From: Octopus vulgaris
Lineage: Eukaryota
DNA length: 64,000 nt
Assembly: GCA_951406725.2 (NCBI GenBank)
Contig: OX597815.1
Span: 80,414,001 to 80,478,000 of the forward strand
Direction of reading: 5' to 3'
The translations under genes were made by a program, and so were the position numbers. How positions within the stretch are numbered: position 1 is the first letter of the stretch; each line of letters starts with the position of its first letter. The notes beneath the pieces were generated by a model. The model was given only the letters and a program-made list of their open reading frames with translations. It had not been told where the DNA came from and did not search any database. Of this stretch, positions 41,690-53,999 are shown one piece after another.

Positions 41690-41782
41690 GTGTAATAAAT
41701 AAAATATATGCATACACACATACATATATGTACGTACCTACATCTACATGTATATATGCATGCATATATAAATATATATACG

Positions 41783-42399
41783 TGAGTACAGGACACCACA
41801 AATAGACGTAGAACTCAACGAGAAACGAAAACGTAAAAACAAGCATGGAACGGACCATTTTTTTACAACGAAAAAACAGAGTACAAGACAAACTACACAA
41901 GGAAAAATCCCCTTCATCAGCTGTCCCTAGTTCAACTCCAGCGTGTTTCGAAGGTGAGGACAGAACACGACTCTTCGAACTAGCCCTTCTTGCGAAAGAA
42001 TTAAATAATATTACTTCGCAGAGGGGTAAAACAAGGAAGAAAAAAATGTGACACAAACAGGACGTAAAAACGATACAAATAAAATTACAAAATAAAATAC
42101 AAAATAAAATACAAAATAAAAATGCAATTACAAACAAAAAAAATACAATACGAGAAATAAAAACAAACAAGAAAACAAACGAAGAGGGCCTTTTTTGGCC
42201 TAGACGAGGAAGATTCTGAGAGCGCAAGAAAAACCGTGTGCTTACAGTTAGGAGGCCGCAGGCGAAAGGAAGTATTCGGCCGGCTGTGAGAGAGATGAGG
42301 AGGAGTGAGAGAGAGATAGAGGAAGACAAGCGGCTGAGAGAGAGATGAGGAGGAGTGAGAGAGAGAGAGATAGGGAAAGAAGGGAAGGTCAAGCAAAGA

Positions 42400-42400
<1 letters not shown>
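41783..42400 (-). mobile_element. Interspersed repeat, probably a Penelope-type terminus; related ends at 31023-31130 and 32745-32855
   Basis: Shared gRgtacaggacRYca...gagaaacgaaaac start next to TA-rich tracts; cttcatcagYtgtc shared with 32815-32826. Confidence 0.55.
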
Positions 42401-42458
<58 letters not shown>

Positions 42459-42464
42459 AATATA

Positions 42465-42655
42465 TAGTTGAAATTTATAGAAAAACAATTGAAAGACAGG
42501 TGAATGAACAATAAGCAAGTGCATAAGTTTGACGCTCGGGAAAAATGAAAAAAGTCTTTTATGTTTCGAACCCACACTCTTCAACAGAAAGGAACATGAG
42601 TAAATAAACACATAGAGAATGAAAAAGACTTGTAGATTTCAGTGGTCCAACACAA
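42465..42655 (-). mobile_element. Penelope-type terminal module with degenerate hammerhead
   Basis: TTT CTGTTGA A GAGT gtgg GTTC GAAA CA T A AAA at ~42590-42557; same subfamily as 44015-44200. Confidence 0.65.
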
Positions 42656-43749
42656 GCAAATGAAAGAAAATGGAATGAACGTCATACTTTATTTAACATC
42701 AGTACACTTGTTTCGGCACATTCTCTCACCTGTAGTGCATAGGTGAAATGTTGTATTAAATGCACCTCCCTAAATGATTGTTTAACCAAATTTTTTTGTT
42801 AGATCCTCGAGAACAGCTTTCTGCAGTTTTTATCCGAATCTCAACAATGTACACATACACACACACACACACGGAATGTTTACCGCCACTTGGCTGATCT
42901 GTCGGAACCGACGTTACTGCTACTTTTAACCCCAGGAGGACGACTCCTCCAGCTGGTTATTCGATGCAATCGTCACCCGACATATATTGCAATCAAGAGA
43001 GTGAACCATTACCATCTTCAAGCCACGAGACCACCAGACCATGCGGTTTCGAGCTTTTTATGGCCATCCTCGGTGGTGGATAATCGTCTGGTAGAGATAG
43101 CATTAGTTCACTTCAGCTGGCGATATATAGAAAACCAGTGACACACAGTCACTGATCTTGCAACATTTAGTATTCACACAACTTTGGAAATGCTAGCGTT
43201 CATTCTCCCTCTGGGGTGAATATCCCTCAATATAGTGAACAATATACATTTAATGCAAACCTCTTACCTATCTTTCACCTGAATGGATTTTTCAATTTCT
43301 CCTCTTGGTATTTGCACAACTTTGGAACTGCAAGCATTCCCTTTCCCTTAATATGGAGTACTGCATAACCATTATTTCCTTCCTCTCACTAAGGTGTACC
43401 CAACCATCCTTTCTGATCATGGATCTACCAAAAGAAAACCCGATCTAGCTGGATTTAAGTGGACCCTCCTACCCTCTTGGACATAATGAATCATGACAAA
43501 GACCATTGATAAGGTACTTACTTCCCTTGTCTAACTTATATTTCTCCGATGACAGTATACCCAAATTACAGAGTCTTCGTTCAATACGATGCTCTAATAG
43601 CTGGGATATCTCAGAAAGAGCTGTCAGGGACTATTTTTTTACTATTTTTTACTGTTCGTTATGTAGCTAAATTTTGATTGAAATAAATGAAATGAAATGT
43701 CCTTGTAATGCCTTACCTACTTGTTTGCCTTTCCTCACTACTTTAACCT

Positions 43750-43950
43750 ATATATATATATTACGTTTATATATTTTTATATATTTTATATATGTGTTTT
43801 TCTTGGCTAAACTGGCAACAAGACCATTCGTAAATACAACAATATATATATATATAGCAATAATACATATATATATATTACGTTTATATATTTTTATATA
43901 TTTTATATATGTTTTTCTTGGCTAAACTGGCAACATGACCATTTGTAAAT

Positions 43951-43960
<10 letters not shown>
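43750..43960 (+). repeat. ~117-bp tandem duplication; related copy at 33460-33520
   Basis: ttacgtttatatatttttatatattttatatatgt..ttttcttggctaaactggcaacaWgaccattYgtaaatacaacaata twice. Confidence 0.85.
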
Positions 43961-44014
<54 letters not shown>

Positions 44015-44022
<8 letters not shown>

Positions 44023-44200
44023 AACAAAAGACGAAGGCAGGTGTATGAAAAACTAGCAGGTGTATTAGTTTGATGCTCGGGAAAGTGAGAAAGTCTTTTA
44101 CGTTTCGAGCCTACACTCTTCAACAGAAGAACACGATGTAATAAACAGAGAGAGAATAAGAAGAACTTGTGGATTTTGTGACCAATCATGGCCACTATAT
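44015..44200 (-). mobile_element. Penelope-type terminal module with hammerhead variant, abutting (TA)n
   Basis: TCTT CTGTTGA A GAGT gtag GCTC GAAA CG T A AAAGA at 44130-44095. Confidence 0.7.
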
Positions 44201-45132
44201 ATATAGATGGATATACACACAAACATACGCACGCACACAGAGAAACACACATATATATACACATACATACATGTACATATAACAAGTATAAAGACTCAGA
44301 CTCCTCTTCTCTACCTTAGTCATAAACATCGCATGTCAGACCGAAACTCAGGGCAGACTATCAACTTTATACATTTAAACATATATACATTCATTTATAT
44401 ATATGCGTATCTCTTTTGTTTTTGATTATTTAAATTCTTCCGCTGAGGAAGGAGTTGTTTTCTAACAAAGATACAAAGCTCTCTCGCTTGAAAGTAGATA
44501 GCAAAAAACCCGGTGTCACATTTAAACTTGAGAAAAGTTTTGCATATTTCTAAATGATGGTGTTTCATGGAAAAAAATAAACACTTCATGTAATCTATAA
44601 TGCTTTGCAGTTTAGGTGAGCACCCAATGAGGGATAACAAATCACACTCCTTGTAATGTCGAACATTTTTTTCAAATCAATACAGGATAGAAACAATTGC
44701 TAATTCTGTACTTTATTCTTGAAGCTAACTCAGTGAAAATGGACTGTGTTGGATCTCTAGGTTAGGAAACCAAATTGTAACTGCAGATGTGTACAGTGTG
44801 CATGGTTATGAAACTTTTACAAATTTATTCGAATTTAATAAGCTGATACACTAAGAAGAGATATGTCTCTCTAATCATTGCAATATCTTCAGAGAGCTTT
44901 GTATTTTATAGCGTAACGGTGTTCGTATTCCGCATATCATGTGCAGCTGCTTGCTCTTTCCCACGGTGGCTGATGAGTTTGTGGAGGTAATCAAGCATGC
45001 ACAGTTTCCCTGTCAAGGCTTCTTGCGATAACAAAAAGATACACCAGTGGGCAAAAATAAGTTAGCACTTCAAAACTGATATAACTGTACATGCATACAA
45101 CATGTATATCTACATGCATGTATGTATGACTG

Positions 45133-45205
<73 letters not shown>

Positions 45206-45385
45206 GTGTGTGTTTGTGTGTGTGCATAAATATGTTTATATGTATATATAAGTATAGTCACATATCAATATTTGTATCCGTATGCATTTAAAAAAATGTT
45301 TCTTACTTTTTTTATCTATTACACGATCCGCCTACCTGTGTAGGAATATATTCATGTATGCACGCACACATACACACGCATACGC

Positions 45386-45466
<81 letters not shown>

Positions 45467-45517
45467 TATATATATGTGTGTCTATGTATGTATGTATATA
45501 TGCATCTGCATATCTAC

Positions 45518-45549
<32 letters not shown>

Positions 45550-45580
45550 GTAGACATACAGATGCATATATACATACATG

Positions 45581-45649
<69 letters not shown>

Positions 45650-45853
45650 GTGTTTGTGTATGTATATATGTATATATGCATCTGTATATCTACATATATA
45701 TATATGTGTGTGTGTATGTATGTATGTATGTATATATGTATCTGTATATCTACATATATGTATATATATACGTACGCTTATATAATGCACAAGTATATAT
45801 CTGTATATATGTGTATATGTGTATACATATACACATATATTTATATATATATA

Positions 45854-45886
<33 letters not shown>

Positions 45887-46597
45887 ACATATATATATGC
45901 ATATATAGAACACATGTGTATGCAGGTGCTTCTTCCAATGTGTGCGTTCGTGTGTGTGTGTGTGCATGTGCGTGTAGGTGCTTCTATTTGTCCGAATGCA
46001 TGTGTGCATGTATGTATACTTGTGGAAGGGGTGTCTAGCTTGCAGGTGTGTGCATTGTGTCTATATCAATTATGTGCTTCTGAATTATTAAACAAATCGA
46101 AATAAAATCAAACAATCACATACACACTCTTGACGCCGAGGGCGTCTGTAGGATTGGGTTGCTGAATCATGTCGGAACTGACTTCTAGAAGTTGGATTTA
46201 CATATCTCTGCTTAGCGCTATCATAAGCCGTATTGCTTGATATTATTATTATTGTATTGTTGTTGTTGTTGTTATTATTATTTTATTATTATTATTGGGT
46301 GAGGTTGTTTGTTAAACCACCTGCAGCGGGTTATACCCACAAATATATTGATTTCACAGCAAGATGAATAGGAACAATAGTTTGTTGTTGTTGTGGATAC
46401 TTACTCGTCTTAAGTGAAACCTGCGAGATCAAAGGTCTCTTATCCATGACCACCCCATCTTGGGTTTACAAATAGTGTATCTAGGAATAGTAATCAATGT
46501 TTTCTCTTTTCTTAAGACTGTAATTGTGTGAGATTTGGTTGCCGTATAATAAAAATAATACAAGCTAGCAAATAAATTTAAAACGTTTACAAGTATG

Positions 46598-46673
<76 letters not shown>

Positions 46674-46741
46674 ACTAACTAACTAACTGTCTGTCTGTCT
46701 ACCTCTATCTCCCCGCTTTATCTCTGTGTGTGTGTGTATAT

Positions 46742-47092
46742 ATTCTTTTATTCTTTTTCCTGTTTGTTTCAGTCATTTGACTGCGGCCATGCTGGAGCAC
46801 CGCCTTTAGTCGAAGAAATCGACCCTAAGACTTATGTTTTTTTAAAGTCAAGTACTTATTTTATCGGTTACTTTTACCGAACCGGTAAGTTACAGATACA
46901 CAACAACACCGATTGTCGAGCAGTGAGGGGAAACAAACACAGACAAAAGATACAATGTCACACACACATAGATACACATACATACACACCAATCATACAT
47001 ACACACGCGCGCAAGCACACACACGCACACGCATATATACACACCTGGAAGCATGTGCTTGGGAAGCAAGCTTCGTACCACATAGCCACACC

Positions 47093-47093
<1 letters not shown>
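46742..47093 (-). mobile_element. SINE family B, internally deleted
   Basis: gtttcagtcatttgactgcggccatgctggagcaccgcctttagtcga...accacatagccacacct. Confidence 0.8.
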
Positions 47094-47123
<30 letters not shown>

Positions 47124-47124
47124 A

Positions 47125-47270
47125 TAGTAAATCCAAAAAAGAACAAACACAAAAAAGCAATAACACGAGAACGTATTTACATGTAAAGTATTAGTAGGCG
47201 CTCAGGGAAGGAGAGGAAGCTGGTTTAACGTTTCGAGCAGACGCTCATTTCGGAAACAGAGGAATGTCCA
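47125..47270 (-). mobile_element. Penelope-type terminal module with degenerate hammerhead
   Basis: GTTT CCGAAAT GAGC gtct GCTC GAAA CG T T AAAC at 47257-47223. Confidence 0.62.
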
Positions 47271-47499
47271 ATATATATATATATATATATAAAGGAAAGA
47301 ATATATAGAGTCAAATGGAGACAAGGGAATAAGAAATTGTGTCATGAACTTCATTAGCTGTGAGAAGCAATGGTTTCATAGTCGAGTGCTTGTGTATAAT
47401 CTTATAGCCTCATCTGATTTTTGCTCTGACGCTTTGTTCTGAAGCATATGCATATTGAGTTCTAACACCAGGTTATTAGTGTTGCTATGCCATATCGAA

Positions 47500-47521
47500 A
47501 TAATAATAAGAACAATAATAA

Positions 47522-47598
<77 letters not shown>

Positions 47599-47620
47599 AT
47601 ACTAATAATAATACTAATAC

Positions 47621-47670
<50 letters not shown>

Positions 47671-47693
47671 GGCATGAACTGCTCTCTCACTCA

Positions 47694-47770
<77 letters not shown>
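47500..47770. repeat. (TAG)n-(TAA)n microsatellite containing a 23-nt insert
   Basis: Direct reading; insert ggcatgaactgctctctcactca at 47671-47693. Confidence 0.95.
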
Positions 47771-47771
<1 letters not shown>

Positions 47772-47772
<1 letters not shown>

Positions 47773-48308
47773 CCCTGATGCAATACCAAGCAGTGGCTCT
47801 CATGACTTCTGATCTTAACTGATTGGAAGTGTTATCATGTACATTGTTATGTCTTGGTATAAAAGACGGGCAACAGCAAATATTCTGCTTAATACCACAG
47901 ATTTACTTGTCAGTTGCTTAACCTTAACCAGTTGACCATGTCCCTTAGTGGCTGATATGTGCATCTCTGATCACAAGCAGAAGCATAGCCATGTGCCGAT
48001 AGGAATTCTTTGGGGTTTGGGTAATTCACCTTTGGAAGCATGGGTGTTTTGTTCAACATCCTTAAACAACCTTTATTCAGGACATCTTGAGCGGGATGGG
48101 CTACTCAACCTGAAGAAAATTCTAACTGGGCCCCCACTTTCAAGGTCATGTGCTGTTTATCTTGATATGAGATCCCATATCGCACACATATGGTTGTGAT
48201 GCATGTACCTGGAGTACCCTTGTAAGACGGGTAGTCATAATGGGTATACTGGGCTTCGTATATTTTACCCCAGTGTCACTTCGATGGCATGCACTGCTCT
48301 GTCACTCA
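47772..48308 (+). mobile_element. Non-coding ~540-bp element flanked by (TAA)n, probable retroposon 3' end
   Basis: (TAA)n on both sides; last 23 nt match the 47671-47693 insert at 21/23; no credible ORF. Confidence 0.65.
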
Positions 48309-48314
48309 AGAATT

Positions 48315-48417
<103 letters not shown>

Positions 48418-48694
48418 TAAAATGTAACGTGTCTCATTTTAAATAGAGAAAAAGAGCGATATGCTCAGAAATTAAACTTTGAAAACAAATAAAACTAGTT
48501 TCTACAATAAGTTTGGGGCGCTTAAGATACGAAAACAAAAATAGCATACAATAAGAGACGGTTATCCGTGGAAAATTAACTCTGAACACAAAGGCCCCCA
48601 GTGACATTAGTAATGTCACTGCCCAAGCAGAAAACAAAACCATAGGAGAACAGTGGTCAGATGACGACAGTAGTTGGATCAAAAGCAGCATCTG

Positions 48695-48850
48695 AAGACA
48701 TGTACAGTGCCAGTGATTGTGGGAACACTTGAAATGACCAGTAAAGGAACTAAAAATTAGTTGAGAATGATCCTTGGATTACGATTCATTCAGAAAGCGA
48801 TAAAGATAGTATTAAGTGTTAACTGCAAACGTAAACAGACTGTATGCGAA
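48695..48850 (+). mobile_element. Very old R4/Dong-type C-terminal fragment
   Basis: TVPVIVGTLEMTSKGTKN*LRMI resembles TIPIIVGALGMIKK in ORF 51109-51924. Confidence 0.5.
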
Positions 48851-49149
48851 AAGATAAAAATGGTGGCTGAGAACTAATTAGTATAGACCATTGTATAAGG
48901 AGTGAAAGGAGAACGCTTGCCGAGTATTTAATAAATAATGACGAAGATCTGCTGCAATATACCGGGACCCATATTATTATTGATAATTTTAAATACTATA
49001 GGTAGAACGATTGTGATAATGATAATCATTGTGGTTATGGAGGTGACTCAATACAAGCACGTTATTTATATATATGTATATGTACATACATGTGCACATG
49101 TATATACAAATAAAAAGAGGAATAGAGAGAGATGGGATCTCAATAACAA

Positions 49150-50152
49150 CTCTTGTTGGAACCCCACGAACGACTCATAAAATGATGATGCAAGACAACA
49201 ATGAAAGAATTAACGGCGAGAATGGAGTTATAGGCCAATCGTGGTGAAGGTTTCCCGCCCGGCACGTCCGAAACCGCCTGCAACAGGGACAGTGACCTAG
49301 CCGCGGGCAGTCGTTATGTCACAACAGATTACATACACGGTGTGCGCAAGACAGGCATAAGTGGACGAAGGAAGAATACGATACACTTATTGAATGTCAT
49401 GAAAGAGCAAAGCTGGAAAGAAGTCGCAGAGTAGGCCGACATACCTTGAAATTTGGGACTGAAAAGGACATGTGTCCAATGTCAGAAAGTAAACTAATGA
49501 AACAAGTCAGAGTGATTAGGAGGAAGGGTTACTGAACTGGAGTTGAAATATCTCGGATTAATGAGAGTATGAGAGACCCTGCGGATGGGCTATAAATGAT
49601 GGTCGGAGTTAAAAACAGAGAGGTAGGTGTTGAAAGCTGGGAGAAAAGTAAGGCAGGAGGAACAGGGGAATGGTGATGGGGCTGTTAAGGATGAGAAACA
49701 GAAGCCTCATCGAAAATGGTAATGCAAAGATCCCGTCGGATTTTATGATTCAGTGTGATGATGAGACATAGTCTTAATTGAGAAAGAAAGTATACTATGC
49801 TGGATCATAGATATAGTATGCCCAGCTGACAACAAGGTGTATGATAAGGAAGAAAGAAAAGTCGATAGGTATGATAGGTTAGCTTGGGAGGTAAAGCAGT
49901 TGTGGTCGATGAAAAGGGTGGTAGTGGTATCAATAATTGTCGGAGCCCTGGGAACAGTAAGTAAAAACCTTGAGAAGTACATTAAACAAATATGGGCTGC
50001 AATGAGAGTGGAGCACTTGCAGAAAACAGCACTGCTTGGAAACGCTTGAATACTCCGGAAGGTGCACGAAGACTAAGAGGTGTTATCTTACTTCACTGAT
50101 AGTGAACAGCTGACACCGTAGTACAGCTCCGGCATAAAAGTTGTGCAAAGGC
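49150..50152 (+). mobile_element. Older R4/Dong-type LINE with probable 5' part and 3' end but no RT
   Basis: RHKWTKEEYDTLIECHERAK (N-terminal-like) joined near 49700 to ENGNAKI..DFMIQCD, CWIIDIVCPAD..EERKVDRYDRLAWEVKQLW..IIVGALG..LQKTALLG; ends at (CTA)n(TAA)n. Confidence 0.72.
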
Positions 50153-50154
50153 AA

Positions 50155-50332
<178 letters not shown>

Positions 50333-50333
50333 T

Positions 50334-52019
50334 AAATGTTACGGCAAAACGATCAGCCACCTTTTATATATGGATGACCTAAAACTATACGCTGCAAATG
50401 ACAAACAGCTGGAAACACTATTAAAGACAGTTCATGGATTTACCAAAGAAATAGATATGAAATTTGGATTAGAAAAATGCGCCAAAGTAACCATGAAAAG
50501 AGGAAAACTAGTTAAGAGTAACAACATCACACTAGATAAAACCAATGAAATAAAAGAATTAGACCAAAGCCAAACTTACAAATACTTAGGAATCCACGAA
50601 CTAGATAAGACACAACACACACAAATGAAAGAGAAAATAAAAAAAGAATATTATAGACGAGTTAGATCAATACTAAAAACAGAGCTCAATGCTAAAAACA
50701 AGATAATAGGTATCAACACTTTAGCTGTCCCAGTTATAAGTTACAGCTACAATATCCTTAACTGGACACGAAATGAACTGTCCAAAATAGATAGGAAAAC
50801 AAGAAAAATACTGACAGGATCTAGGATGCATCACCCAAAATCTGACATAGAAAGACTATATATATATACAACGTATAGAAGGAGGTAGAGGCCTTATACA
50901 GCTGGAAAACTACTATAAAATAACCACCATAGGACTGCAAAAATACCTACTTCAGAAGGAAGGAAAACTGATCCAGATAGCAGCAAAACACGAGCAAAAC
51001 AAAAAACTGTTCTCAGTATTTAAGGAAGCTGACAAATACAAACATGAAATCATACCACCTAATAAACACAAAGAAGATGATGAAGAAACAACAAAAGCTA
51101 TAAAACAAATGAAATCCAAACTAAAAATAGAACAGCAACGAGCCATGATAAAACGATGGCAAGAAAAGCCCCTTCATGGTAAATACTGCACTAAACTAAA
51201 CGCAAAAGAAATAGACAAAGAAAAATCCCAGCAATGGTTGAGAAGCTCAGGACTCAAAGCAGAAACAGAGGGATTTTTAATTGCAGCACAAGACCAAAGC
51301 CTCCCCACCAGAAATTACCAAAAACATGTAATGAAAAGAAATATTACAAGTAACTGCAGAATATGTGGAGATGGACAAGAAACAATAAATCACATTATCT
51401 CTAGCTGCCCAGTCCTGGCTAAGAAGGAATATATTCACAGACATGACAGAGTTGGAACCCACATACACTGGAAGCTATGCCAACATTATGGAATAACAAC
51501 AGAAAAAAGATGGTATAGGCACACACCAGAAAAGGTCACAGAAAACGAGAAAGCAACCATACTCTGGGATATGCCGATACACACAGATAGAGAAATTAAG
51601 GCCAACAGACCAGATATAGTTGTCAGAGATCATGAAGAAAAAAAATGCTTTCTAATTGATGTATCAATACCGGCAGATGACAACGTGTCTCTAAAAGAAA
51701 TGGAGAAACTCTCAAAATACAAAGACCTGGAAATAGAGGTAACTAGAATGTGGAACCTGAAAACAGAAACAATTCCTATCATAGTAGGTGCATTAGGCAT
51801 GATAAAAAAATATTCAGACAAATACATAACAAAAACACCAGGACTTACAAACACATATAACATACAGAAAATTGCACTACTAGGCACTGCACACATCCTA
51901 CGAAGAACACTTTCCATACAATAACCATCAGAGCATCACAACAAATCACAGCACATACCCTATGCACACAGAGCTGCGCTCGGTAGTGAAGTGAAAACAC
52001 GCTATAAAAATAAAACTAC

Positions 52020-52020
<1 letters not shown>
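50334..52020 (+). mobile_element. Young 5'-truncated R4/Dong-clade non-LTR retrotransposon (RT C-half, CCHC knuckle, restriction-like endonuclease) in (TAA)n
   Basis: ISHLLYMDDLKLYA, KFGLEKCA, YKYLG, GGRGL, CRICGDGQETINHIISSC, RHD, RPDIVV..LIDVSIP..EKLSKY; stop at 51924; ~95-nt 3' UTR; (TAA)n on both sides; one frameshift at a (TA)6 run 50857-50868. Confidence 0.93.
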
Positions 52021-52082
<62 letters not shown>

Positions 52083-52789
52083 TAATAATGATAATTCTCA
52101 CACACACACAACCACACATAGACGCACGCACACGCTCACACACGGGCACACACCTTTTACAATTTACTTGTTCCAGTCATGTGACTGCGCCCATTGTGTA
52201 CGTGTGCGTGTGTGTGCGTGTGTGTGTGTGTGTGTGTAGTTTACGGATTACATCGAAGAAACTTGGACTCGGAAATGGACTTAATGCGTGGAAGATTAGT
52301 GTGAACAATATTCAATATGAATACTTTAGAGCTGTACAAGTTTTTCAATGCTGTATGAGTCTTCTAAAAAGCTTACTCGACAAAACTCCTTTTTGTGGCT
52401 GTTAGAACTGCTAGAAATAGCAATCAACTTACCCTTGAATCATACTCTAATATCTTGAGTAAAGACAATACGCATTGAATAATTTAGTTCTCTATATAAA
52501 CGGCGGGTAATCACTACTAAATTTATATAGGTTAGCATGATAAGGGTTAACCAAGGACTAAGCCTTATAACAATGACGACGATGACAAAAACAAAAACAT
52601 CAACAAAAACAACAAGTATCAGGATCTATTCATACGTCACTGGTCAACCTAAGGCTTTATTAGAAGTCACTTGTCAGGATTCTGTAGAATGTGATCAGAT
52701 CTGATTCCCGTGATTACAAAACAAACATCTTAACCACGCGGTTACATCGATGAATGTCTTCTTGTTATTAGTGGCCTTACCTTACGTCG

Positions 52790-52990
52790 CGTATTGGTTG
52801 CATCATTAGAGCGTTGCAAAAAAATGCCGCATGGTATTTCTTCAACTCTTTACGTCCTGAGTTCAAACCCCGCAGACATAAACTTTGCTTTTCATCCCTC
52901 CACAGCTGGTAAAATAAAATACCATTCAAGTACTTGATCGATGTTCCTTCTCTCAAAATGCTAACCTTTTTCATAGATTAGAAATATATT
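52790..52990 (+). mobile_element. Old SINE family A copy
   Basis: tttacgtcctgagttcaaacccc...ctttgcttttcatccctcc..ggtaaaataaaatacca. Confidence 0.6.
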
Positions 52991-53999
52991 TTTTAAAAAA
53001 TTATTTTCGCTTTTCTCTAATTTTGATTTTTGTATATCTGAATTAAAAACACTGAATTGTACGGAGGATACGACCGATATTCTCTCGATATTTTTCAAAC
53101 ATCACGGTAATGGCCAGTAATTACATAAATATCATTATTTGAAAGAAAGAACGTTGAAAGGAAAACATTCGGAAGATTTATAAAGCAATTTTTTGCTTCT
53201 TTAAAGTCAAGGTAAGTTCTGAATACGTTGAAATATGTTTCATGCTTCAGTGATAGTAAAAATATTTTGACGAAATTCTCGTGTAGAATCCGTGTTATTT
53301 CGAAGTTATGAAATTTACCATTATAGTTTCTATTGTTTAGACTCAGGTAATATCTGCTCAAGCAATCCACAAACTAAAGACATTCCAGATCTGCCTATGA
53401 ACTGTAAGAACTGTAAACTAAAATGTTTCACGAGTTTTTGTTATAACACAGTCCGTTGTAATGATATGAGGGAAATATCCTTACGTTATCTAACTGCCCG
53501 AGCGACCAGGTGGAGGTTTCCCTTTAATCTCCGTTTATTTTTCATTCCGATTTATTTTTTGTCTGAATTTCTTCCTCAGTTAGGTTTTCTCTTTGCTTCT
53601 TTGCTTTATTTCATTGTTTATGATTCAACAGTATTCTCTGCTAAAGACTTTCTTCTTTATTTTGTTGCATTTCCCCGGTGGTTGACGTCTTTTATTTTCA
53701 TATTCTCTAAATTAGCTCTCTTCGAAACTTATTCATGTTTTTACTAAACATATATTTAAAAAAAATATTCATATATTTTATCCAATCAACTGATCCGTTA
53801 AGCTTTTGCTACCTTCAAATGCTTTAGATGTGATATAATTTCCACTATTTTCTCTACAATTTCTCATTTTAATTCTTCTTTATACATGTTTTCTTTTTTG
53901 CTTTGTTTATGTTAGTTTCTCGATATTGATTTAATATTTCCGTTAATTTCAATAATTCAGTTCTGTTCTGTTTTTATCTTTTTATACATTTTCCAGTTT

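Noticed and set aside
41905-41960. Possible type II hammerhead on minus strand (GAAAC..CTGATGA), also at 32810-32855
   Set aside because: Stems I and III cannot be formed convincingly and stem II register is wrong
41598-42611. Longest ORF in the track (337 aa, minus strand)
   Set aside because: Runs through repeat termini, T-rich low complexity and (TA)n; no domain motif
44966-45010. CTGATGA hammerhead-like core
   Set aside because: No paired stem II followed by GAAA
52540-52550. piggyBac-like terminus AAGGG-TTAA
   Set aside because: No matching inverted partner found nearby
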